Positions 14,057-25,600 of a DNA stretch of 64,000 bases are shown here, piece by piece. The notes under the pieces were generated by a model. That model saw nothing but the letters and a program-made list of their open reading frames with translations, did not search any database and was not told where the DNA came from. Both the position numbers and the translations under genes were made by a program. The stretch is from positions 22,844,085 through 22,908,084 of the forward strand of contig JARDVH010000124.1 of the NCBI GenBank assembly GCA_030324005.1, in the 5' to 3' direction. This DNA comes from Negaprion brevirostris. Lineage: Eukaryota. Within the stretch, counting starts at the first letter, position 1. The number at the start of each line of letters is the position of its first letter.

Positions 14057-14179
14057 CCAGCTGTTTAGATTGAGATGCCAGCAACCAAACTGATGGAGAA
14101 AGGAGAACCCAGAGGCTAGCGTTCCTCCTTTATTGTTCCCTTCTTCCATTCCCAGCAAAATCGCATCCCTCGGGTACAT
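14057..14179 (-). CDS. TCF7L2: Putative alternative first coding exon of a truncated (dominant-negative type) TCF7L2: MYPRDAILLGMEEGNNKGGTLASGFSFLHQFGCWHLNLNSW, spliced in frame to SNKVPVV
   Basis: ATG at 14179 (-3 A) with an in-frame TAA at 14188-14186. Second ATG at 14149 (-3 G, +4 G). Length 123 nt = 41 codons, ending at the consensus donor TGG|GTAAGT (14057/14056), phase 0, matching the phase-0 acceptor at 3810. Confidence 0.75.
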
Positions 14180-17100
14180 GCTGCTTTATCTTCTGTTGTC
14201 TCTTAACCTCTACAACTTTTCCCCCCTTTCTTTCTTGCCTTGGTGCCGACTGCGCTTTGTGTCTTCGTGGTTTTCCTAGCGTCTTTTTTTCTCTTAAAAA
14301 AAGTACTAAAAAAAATGTCTCAAAAGATCAAAAGCTTTCCATTTCTGTGGCCTGGTGTTTTTAGAACCAACATTCTCATTCAAGTTTGCTGTTAGTAACA
14401 TCTTAGTCCTGGTGTAGTCCTCTGTCTGCCGTGTAGCAGGTACCAAAATTTAGGACACACTCAAATGATAACATAGATCACTGCACCAAAACGCTCACTT
14501 AGAAATGAGTAAGCCCGCACACAGGGGTATAACCCCATGCGTACTATTTATTTTCTTTTCAAAGCCTACAACTCTCCTAGGATTACCAAAATGACAATGC
14601 TGCAACTCTATATGGAAAGGTATCAATAAGTGCAGCAGCAAGGAGACAAGCATTGGTTAAGGGAGCATGATCAACAAACTGTAGCATGCAGTCACATCTG
14701 TGGGAATGTCAAACCCCTCACGCTGAACTTCTGGGGGTAGAGTTGCAAGAATGCTCTATTTTCTTTGACACGGTGACACTATAATATATATCTCACGCAC
14801 ACAGATTCATATACATACAAATATATAAAAATATATGTTTAAAAAAAAAGACACCTGTGAGGTCTTGCCATCAGTCCCAGCAGGTTTTTTTTAATTACAA
14901 CAGTAAACAGGGTGGAGAAAAGGCAAAGCACTAGACCTCACTGCAGCTTCTACTGGCTGACCTCAGCTACACACAATATACAAGAGCAGCTTTTGTATTA
15001 CAAGGATTCTCTTTCCGAGTTGCTCTTTGCATACTGCTTCCCGTCGCTAATTGCATCCCCAAACAAAACCCTCTCCATCTCCAAATTGGGGGCAGCTCAT
15101 ATGTTCCAGAAAATGCTTTTCACAATGGAAGCAAAAAGTAATGAAATGTTCCCATAAACCACGCTCACCCCCCCCCCCCAACACCCCCTCCCACCCCTCC
15201 ACCATGAATATAGGTGGCATAAAGCCCACGATACCCTCCCACCAACCAAAAAAAACACTCAACTTTTTAAAAACAAACTTTACAGGCATTCAGTTTTCTT
15301 AAAAATAAAAANNNNNNNNNNNNNNNNNNNNNNAAGATGCCACACACTTTTCCTTCCCGTCTATCTGCCTGATCAGAAAAGTGACAAGACACGAGAACAG
15401 GGGAAACAAAACACTGTGCGGTTTTTTCCCTCTTTATTTCGTGCTCTGCACTAATCTGGCCTTCGCGTGCAAAGTGTCGGCCAGAAATCTTTAAGGCCTT
15501 AATACCAAAACAAAACCTTTGAATTCCCTTTATATGGTGCAATACAGGCGCTAACAAAGGCAATGAGGCTACAGTTTGACATATAAAAAGCCCAACAACG
15601 AGGCAGCTAATTACATTCCCTCCCTCTATTCATGGTGGCCACCACACTCCAGCAGCTTCTTTTGTCACACGTGCAATTTCTTAAGTAAACTGGGAGTTTG
15701 GTTGCTGATGATGGACAGTTACTAATCATTTAGCACAATGAACGCTAAGTGCGACAGAAAGGATGGGCAACTTCAACACAGATTTCTTTGGGATTGGAGG
15801 ATGTGAGAAGAAAAAAAAAGGAGCGGGGTGGGGGCGGTGGAAGCTCGCCACACAGACGACGAAAGGTGAACACTTAAAATACCAGATCCTTTCAGTTCAC
15901 ATATTTACCTTGCATCTACTGAGGGAGGGGGGAGGCCGGGGGGAGTTGGTGGAGGGAAAGGCAAAAACATGCTGTGGGAAAGAGAGACTGCAAATCAAAC
16001 TTGCCAACTCCGATTAACTTCAGACATTACATCAGGAACAGAATTCTAAATACTTCCATTACCCAATAGTTTCTTCGTTTCACCCCCCACCCCCCAAACC
16101 ACCAGAAAAGTTTTCCATAAAATCTCAATTTAAAACAAAACACGCACCAAAGCACAATTAACCTAAATGTCATATTAGTCAATTGGAAAATAATGCTTTC
16201 GAGCATTCAGTCCTTCTTAAAAATTTTGCTAACTTACCATTTACACCTGCTCAAATTACGATGCTTCACACTGCCTGAATTCAAACATGCTGCCGTTCCT
16301 GTGCTACAGCATAAAATCAGCCGGCTCTTTGCGATGTGGGCAGATCCACTGGGGGGCAGCACCCTACCTGAGCCACTTACAGCCGAGATGCTGCTGAGAT
16401 AGGGACACGAAGCGATTACATCCAACTCCAGCTCTCCAGGAAAAGATGCTCAAGTTCAGGTCTATTCAGTGAATTACCTTGCTTCATGGGAAAGAGATAA
16501 TGAGATGGCAGCACTCATTTGATCAGAACCAGCCCCAAAAATCACACCAACAGTTTTCAGAGAGGAACAAAAGAACAACAGTTGCTTGCTTTCTTGGCGA
16601 CATTAAAACCAGTTGCAGCCTCCCATAATGTTAAATTGGCTGGTATTTTTGAAGCCAGACCAGAGAGAGAGAGAGAGAGAGACATACAAAAAAAAGTATT
16701 TCCTCCCCCCCACCACTCCCCCCAGGTACATAAAGGCTAAACCTACCGTTTATTTTGCCCACATAGCCAGCTCAGTTTAAGCACGACCGCCGGGGAATGC
16801 TGAACAATGAAATGATTTTGATACATCAATTCAAAGTTTCTTTTTTAACCAAAAAAAAGGCAACTTAGCAAGTTGTGTATCTGAGCTCTAATATTTGCCA
16901 CAGCCAAATGTGGCAAGCGGTTCCATAAAGCTTCCCTGCCCACTTTTGAAGCCTGCGTTACTAACACACGCAGAATGACACCACTGAGCGCCTTTAAAGG
17001 ATACTAGGGAAAAAAAATGACTATTGATCTTCAAATGGTGATAATTGAAAAGATCAAAAGATTAAACAAAATCAAAAAAAATGCGCTGACTTACCATGTT

Positions 17101-19600
17101 ATGCTTTTTTTTGTTACAACTTGGTTGAAATTTCAGTCAAACAAGCTTCATCGGAGATGTCAAATTTTTGGCGGACTGTGATCGTATTACTTCCGCAGCC
17201 TTGCCTCACAATACTTCAGAACTTTTTACCTAGCTTTGGTTTACTTTGAAAGCTGCAGCTCAGCAAACCAGCACAAATTATCTTGCCACCTTCTACAGCT
17301 CTGATGCTTTGGCCGCTAACTTTGGAAGGCCCTTTACTACTGCATCAAAATTAGCATTGTCAAAGCGGTTAATGAATATTAATACTGTATTTGTCATTGG
17401 AGCTGGCCTGATGCTGAACTCCGAGCCATCCATCAGGGACAAGATTAAGAACACAATTATTTCTGACTGACAGGGTCCAAATCTGCTAGATTTTTTTTGC
17501 AAATCTAAAAAAAATAAGAGACAAAAAAAAAACATCTTATGGGTTCCCCCTGGGGACGAACAGTCAGATTAATACACTTTTAATGAAGTGAAGGCTATTA
17601 AGTATGAAGAAAAAGCAAACAAGATGTACAAGTCGAACTTACAAATGCGGCACGGTGGCTGATAAAAATTAAAAGAATGGCATATCTTTTTCGACAGCTG
17701 TCTGAAATTTTTCTTCAGAGCTTTCTGGAATGAAGAAAGAATCTTTCTTCCCAATTCTGCATCATTTGAATAAGGAATGCACTGTTATAACCCACATGGG
17801 ATAATTGTGTCTATCTTGTGTCTTAACAACATCAACTCAAAGACAGGATCCTAAATAATTCCTACACAAATATTATAATCAACACTTCCTTAAAAGCAAT
17901 TGACAATCATGATTATTCTCTCAATTGCATCTGCATGCTGCTAAAAATACTTTTAAAAAATGTANNNNNNNNNNNNNNNNNNNNNNNNNNNNNNNNNNNN
18001 NNNNNNNNNNNNNNNNNNNTATCCCGCTGTTATAAAAGACCATACTTAAAACACATTTAGAACAGCGTCCTAACCTTTTAACGCTGACAGTTTCTGTGGG
18101 AATTTAAGGAGAGTCGTGAACATCGGCAGCAAAAGGCAACTTAGTTCAACCATGTTTCTATAGTTGCTTTCGCAGCTAAATATCACTAAAATTCCCTGCG
18201 TGTAAAGTCATGCTACATGTCTTGATCTCACATAACAGAACTATAAACACCCAGCAAACATCCTTTGCCGCTACTCATATTTACTTTCTCCCCGCCTCTC
18301 TCAAGCTTTTGTTCCCTAGATTTTCATTAAATTTGCACAAGATCTATTTTATATTAGTTGCAGACACCCGCCATGGTGCTCATAGTGGATTCATAACGGG
18401 AGACGGTGGAAAGGTTCAGATGCAGATTTAAAGAACGACGACTATTTGGGCTAAAGTCATTTGAACGGCAAACGCAAAAAAAGTGTTTTGAATTTCCTCG
18501 GCCACCCCTACAAAGAGTAACCCCAATGCACCAGAAACGGGAAGTGTAGCACTGGCCCTTTCCTTGCTCACAGGACTCGGTTTCCTTTCTCTACAGTTTT
18601 AAAACCTATTAAAGCTATTTTCTTTAAACGGCGATTTGGGAAGGGAGGAGGAAGAGGTGGAAGATAAGGGGAAAAAAAAGAGAAAACTGACAGATGCGAC
18701 AGTTAATGCCATCTGACCAGTGAAATGAGGGGGTCTGGGTCAAGCGACTATGGCTGCCAAGCTAATCTACTGCTCTCACTGACCACCCCACTGGCTGCTC
18801 CTAATACCATTAGCAATCCTTAGATGAACATTCTAAATTGGAGTTTTGTCCTCTGACGAGCCAATCTGACCCCGCTGAAACAACCCTAGAGTTTCATGTG
18901 CAGATGGCAAATCTCCTGAAAACATTTCTTTCAGCTTTAAGATTTTTTTTTTCCCTTGCCTGTTTTCTTTTGTCTCGCTCAATCCTTTTCGCCCCTCTCC
19001 GATTTGAGATAAAACATTGCAAAAGCACAAAAATATGCCTGGTTATCTAACCCGGTGCACCCTGAAACATTTCCGAACGATTTATTGTCGGTGGGTTTTC
19101 AGTTAGCTTGGTCTTTGTACAAGTTACTTTAACTCGCTCCTGCAAAAAAAAGAGGGGAGCGAGGAAAAGAGAAATTGGAGGGTGTTTGTGAAAACTGTCA
19201 GGTTTGAAGCTTTCTAACCAAGTGAAGTTAGAGGCTGCTGACTCTGAAGTGGTGGGTGCAGAAAGCATTTGCCTGACAGAACATTTACCGCAGACAGCTC
19301 CCGCTACCTCTACTTACACAGCACGATCACATCAGCCCGAGTATCAAATTAACTCACTGACTTTGAAAGTTATTGATCTGCTATTAAGACACTAGTGAAC
19401 TTGATGAAATCAGTGCTGTAGGTGCAGCGAAGACTTCAAAGTCTCGCACAGACACATAAAACAAGTTTCTTTGATCCTTTTTACGATCCGCAGAGGGTTT
19501 AAAGCCCAATTCTCGATGTGCTGCTCTTCACACTCGTCAGGTCTGATTTTTTTTTTCACCAATAGACAGCTTGATAATGTTAATAGTGCATATTTTAGCA
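14180..19600 (-). promoter_or_regulatory. TCF7L2: Putative intronic promoter region with several candidate alternative first exons
   Basis: No recognisable TE, more CpG and G/C runs than the flanks (by eye). Strong minus-strand donors ATG|GTAAGT at 16238 and 17095. TATA-like TATAAAG on minus at 15534-15528. An internal promoter producing dnTcf7l2 is established in this intron in mouse. Confidence 0.55.
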
Positions 19601-22600
19601 AACAACTAATTCTAAACCAATATCTTAATCTGTTCAGACTAACAGCATAATTTATTAAAATATGTCAAACAAAAACCAATTTTACCTTTATTGCTGTCTG
19701 CACTGCAGGAGTCAGGAATTTTCAATGCACAAGTATATACGGGTTCTTGCCGTATCTACACCAGTATTTTATCATTAAGGAGATGATTAATTGGCACAGA
19801 CTGACGAAATTCTTATTTGAAAGACTTTAATATTTACAACAAAATGAAACAAAAGCCACAAATAAGTTAAATTCGTAACTTATTTTGTGGATTTTTTTGG
19901 ATAGACAACCACAGGATCTACAGCCATTATTCAAAGTTACCTTTTTAAAAAAAAACACTGTAGCTGTTATAGAAACAGCCACACAAAACACTAACATAAC
20001 AGCAGTGTTGGTATTGGAAAAGCAACAAAGACATTAAGAAGTTCAAGTAGAGAGTAAAAAAGGATTCAAGTAGGAAACTGCTTCATTAGATTCGGAAATG
20101 ATTTTACAATAACAAAAAAAAAAATTGAAATACAAACCTCAGTATGATAAAATGGCCCACAGATTAGAGCTCAGATCACTCACTGGGAACCACAATTATT
20201 TCTTCTGCACCAAACACACATGCCAACTTGAAAAATTAACCTTATTGGTCAGAAAGATACTTAAATTGCAATTCAAAATTTTTGCACACATTTTTAAAAG
20301 ACAAATAAATCAACTATTTTTTTAATACAAAAATCTGCTACACAAATCCTGTTCTTAATTTTAACTATTAAGAGAATACTAGCTGTGGATACTAATATTT
20401 GAGTTTTGAAGGATTGCATTTATTGTAAAATGTATTCAAAGTGACAATTTATGTCGACAAAAAAATCCATTCTGTTAATTATGAGAAATAGAAAGTACTA
20501 TAAACAAAATTTTTTAAAAATCAACTGCAAGAGCCTTCACCATGATTTTACATTAAAACTGAAAAGGTTCANNNNNNNNNNNNNNNNNNNNNNNNNNNNN
20601 NNNNNNNNNNNNNNNNNNNNNNNNCACTGTTCGCTAATGAAATCATCTACAATACAATTCAGGAACAAATTAAGTTTTTGTACTAGCTACTGGGGTCCCA
20701 CTTACAATTCTAATGAAGTCAACACTCCAATAAGATGTGTTCAGAAAGTTTCCTGGGCCACCAGCACAGAGATCCTTTTCACCAATTAGTGCAAAGAAAA
20801 AGAAGGGGAGAGAAAAAAAACCAGAGTGCCCGTACTCAAAGAGCTAGGCCTTACGGCAAATCTGTCATGTCGACTGAATTGATCAACGGGACTGGTATTT
20901 CTAATGGCATCTTGTCAGGAAAAGTCAGCCATAGGGAGCCACCTGTGTTACTCTTTGCAGACAGCTAAAGAGCTAGATACCGATCTCAGGCAGCATCTTT
21001 TACTAACAATTTGGGAGAGCAGTCTGATTTCCACTGCCGTACAACTTGTCATTCTGCAATCATCAGAAATGGTTATATGCTGAACACAGCCATTCTGTAG
21101 ACAGCCAATTTACTAGAAACTCAACACTACAAAACAATGAGAATGATCAATTTCTAATTTAAAAAAAACAATTAATTGTGCATATCATTATGCTCATGGA
21201 TTCCATTCTTTAGTAAGAAGCATGACCTAGACTTTGCAATATAACAAGAGTGCAGATGACGAGGAGTCCTGTTTGGCCAAGGAACGCTTTTCCAGGTTCA
21301 ACAATACAGCCTCTAAACTCTCAGAAACCAGTTCTTAAGACAATAAGATGTTCATGAACCATTTTGAGTGCGCTGCCATAAACATTACAGAATACGGGCA
21401 GCCAGATCTACACCAAATACATTATTAAGTTCCACAAAATGAATCACAAAAATGAGGAACTTGCATACAAACGTCAGAAGGCGCGCACAATTTTTTTGGG
21501 GTGTCTAGTTTGTCAAGCGAGCCAAAAGCACTTGGGTTGCAAATCACGTATCGCAATCTTTCTTGCTCTCATCAGTCAATGAAATTCTCAGGTTCTTTCT
21601 CTTTGCAGCCTGCGGCGGTGGCTTTGCCCAGGGACATATACCAATAGAAAAATTTTCATCGTGTTAGCATTTCAAATGGCAGAAAGTGAAAGGAAGCCCT
21701 AACTGATCATAGCCTGCGGAATTAATTGGCTATTCTCTGAATAATGTCGCTCACCGCATATCCTTGGGAGACCAGCACTAGCCGAGGCCACGTTTTTGTG
21801 CAACGGCTTCAAAAAAAAAGCGCTTAGGGGGTATTGGGGGGGTCTTAAAGCTTTAGCGCATTTCCCCAAAGACCAAGCAAATAGAACCAGCGAGCCTTGC
21901 CCAACTAATCCATTTGGTAATTAAATGCACAATTCCATTAAACATTCTTCCATCATTTCAAAATTACATGAACAATAGATTCCGATTGCTCTGAATCTAT
22001 ATGCTGGATACTCGATATCAATGCAATGAACACGGCTGGAAGACTTCTGTCTTAAGTGAGGAAAATTTAAAATATTCTCGGCTTTTTGCCAGTTTTAAAA
22101 CAAAGAACTCAAGTAGACGCCATGTTGCTACTTGTTTCATTCTGTGGGATTAAAGTTTGGGCTTTTTTTTCACTCATCAAAGGATATGCAATGACCCTGC
22201 TTGATATGAGTATACCACTCTTTAAGACACATCTTAATCTAACCTTTTTAGGACTCTTGGCTTTCAAACTCAAAACAGCATTAAAAATAGGCATTGTTGG
22301 TCAGCCCTGGGAGNNNNNNNNNNNNNNNNNNNNNNNNNNNNNNNNNNNNNNNNNNNNNNNNNNNNNNNNNNCGCGGCCAAGCAAGCTCTGCACAGCAAAA
22401 GGAAAGCAAAGGGGGAGAAAGTGAAAAGACGAGATTAAAAAAAAAATCTTCGCAAATGTTCCATCTTTCGTTATCGACTGCAGCCTAGCGTGAGGTGCCA
22501 ATTTTCAGCTCTAAAGAGAGGACACAAATTCGCAGCGGTCCCATTATGCGGTCTCTTCGCTCATTGTATATTCCGTCAACGAAGTCAATCTTATTAACTT

Positions 22601-25600
22601 CCGCTCTGGTTCACACATGACATTTTCTTCAATTTTCTTGCCAACATCAAAAACATCAATTAGCAGCTAGAAAATAGGAAGGAACAAATGACAGAGCCCG
22701 ATAACGTCAACTATTTGAAACAGAGGGTAAATCTATTCCGCAATACTGAATGCATTCATTACCAATTCATTTTCAAAGGAGGCTTCCAAATAGCAAGGAA
22801 AATTAAATTTATCATCTAGAAATGTCCAGAAATTGTTTGTTTCTTAATCCTATATCTACAGAGCCTCTTTCCAAATGCAAGATGAAGAAACGTTATCTAG
22901 TTTTAGGTTTGTACAGTGCAGCTTGGAGAGAAATCGATGGGTTCAGCACCATACAGGATGCACTGAATCTCACGCAGAAACTTGAAATAGATGTAACCGT
23001 ACTAACTTACTTCCGATATTTCTACATATTTCGCCCCTACTTTACTAAATTTAAATACAAGAAAGATTCCTTCGTCCATCAAAATGAGACACAAATTACC
23101 AAACTTATTTGCTTTTGCAGCTGACTCTGTTTCACTGGATAACTGACATGTAGCTTAAAGTGTATCGTGGCAAACGCTGTTTTACAATACTTAAGTAAAA
23201 GCTATTTCTGCTGATGTACCTGCTTTATGAGAAGGCTTTCATGCTTGTATTACATCTCCTAGGGAGTGAATAAAAGCAAATTTAGTGACTGCTGAAGACG
23301 ACTGCTCGGAATTAATGTGAACAGAAAAGAGCAGCTACACCAAATAAACAGATCACTTTCCTCTGACCATTGATTTCTTGATCTTTTGACATTATTTACG
23401 AGCTTCCTATTCTCTTTCCTGTCTTTTTCCCAATGTCACAAAGGAAAAATGTCTAAACAGCTGATGGCAGGATTATCAATTAGCTGTCAAGATTCTGCTT
23501 TCCAGCACTGAACAATACCTGCCATAACACTGAAGATCGGTAATACAGCGAGACACATACAATACTGTGCTCTCTGCATACAGACTTGGGTAACACAGTG
23601 GCAAGTCTTGAATGAAACTTATGTCCGATCATTTCTACAATTATATTGATTTATCCAGTTGTAACTGAATACATATTGTAAATTATAATTAAGAATTTAT
23701 ATTTAATATCAGATAACACTGACTTGCAACTGCACATTTTTCTTCTCAAAAGGTGGGGTGGCAGTTAGGGTGCTCGATTCCTGCCGCATAAGCTGTTGCA
23801 AACACATTCCACTGACATTGCAATCAGTTCTTTTGGTGCAGCTAGGACCTAACCTTGATGCTTCTATTTATTCTGTTTGTACAGCAGAGGTAAGGCATGA
23901 AGCGGGGGGAAAAGAGAGATGGAAAGACATTTCTTCGTTCAGTGATTAAGCTGGCAATAACGAGACTGTAATGAGAATGGACACATTTGCTCCAGCAATC
24001 ACAATCAATGCTTGCACAAAAATATAGTCCCGTTTTTAAGAACTTGTGCAAGTTGCGGAATTAAGAGTCGCAAGTACAATTTATTCAGTGTGTCACTAGA
24101 CACTGCAGTCCATGCCGTACAATTAAAGTTCTTTTAAAAATAAATCACTCCATAAACAAAACCAGCACNNNNNNNTAGTCCTACAATCTGTGTTAACAGG
24201 TCTTGCAATGTTAGCTATCCTTCAGAGATAAATTTTCAGTTGTCAATGTATCTAAAATTACAAGGCAAGAATAGAGATGATACATGAAATCTTCAGACAA
24301 GTTAGGGTTCATAAAAAAAAATACTAATAACAAATTATCTACATCTTCTTTAAATGATGCACTTAAGTAAAATAGAACACAACTAAAATCATTTCAATTT
24401 ATTTAACAACCGCGTGTCTCTTTCAGTTGGTGTGAGAATCTGCATCAGAATTCCCAATCCTTGCAGCCTTTTTTTTTGAAAAAGGAGCAGAACGTAGGTC
24501 TGGATAACGGCTTGGTAGCGTTCAGAAGTTCCGCACATTTAAAACCAACAACATTACTGCGTAGTTTAGTCAATGTTTTATAAATATCTTAAATATTTTG
24601 TGGCACCTAAAAAAAAGGCATGTTCTGGAAATAGCAGTTAAAGTAATTTAAGCATTTCCTTAGAACATCCTGGACAACAATCAGTCAGAATATATTTGGG
24701 GACAGGTGGCAGCGTTAGAGAAAAGAATCTTCAAAGATTTTCCAGTACTTTAATACCTGGCTACATTTGCTAGAAAATTCCCTATCTGCAGTATCTTGCA
24801 GCTCACCCACAACCACATAGAATATTACTAATGACGAGAGCCAAGCTACATGATACTAAACTCCAAAACTCGTGTTTTAATTTTGACATGCTTTTTTGTC
24901 AAGTGTCACATTTAATTTTTTTTTAAAAACTATTCTGGATTTAATTTTGGCACCACAAAAGTCCAAAACCCAACATTCCACGAAGGGTTATTGCTATTTT
25001 TCTCCAACAATTTACATCCTTATTTGGAATAACAGGCCCAAATATTNNNNNNNNNNNNNNNNAATAGCAAAATGTTCATTGACCCAAAGCTGCAAACAGC
25101 AACCACAAGCTGCTGATTACCAGCATTTGCGGTTGTGGTTCTGCACCATGCTCTGTCCTTGAAACTGATGCCGCACACGAATCCATTAGGCGAGAGAGTT
25201 GGTGCTCTTGATCTATTATTTACAAAGAAAACCCTCCCCTTGCTTAAGTGGCCCCTATACTTCAGCCTTCATTACAAGATCATTTTATTCTGGTAAAAAA
25301 ACCTCATACTCAGTTTAATCAGGCTGACACCTATACTCTGTCCGGTCTTGCTACTGGGAACTTAAAAAAAAGCACTCCTTTTGCGACACTGTCATTTGGA
25401 GCACTGTTATATTTTAAACATCCAAAATTAAGTATAATTGATTAGCCAAGATCCCACGCCAATTGGCCTTTTTGATTCAAAATTTAACAGTTTGCTGCCT
25501 ACTATACATTACCCTGGATTTTTCCTTTGGTATTGCAATTTATATAGCTGCCTCTTAGATAATGCAACCATTCTATTTACAGTTATCACTTGTGCACGGA

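Noticed and set aside
14300-22200. Cluster of TCF/LEF WWCAAAG sites as autoregulatory evidence (14558, 16830, 17244, 19469, 22175)
   Set aside because: Roughly one per kb is expected by chance at this base composition, so no enrichment is evident. The AGATCAAAAG copies are off-consensus.
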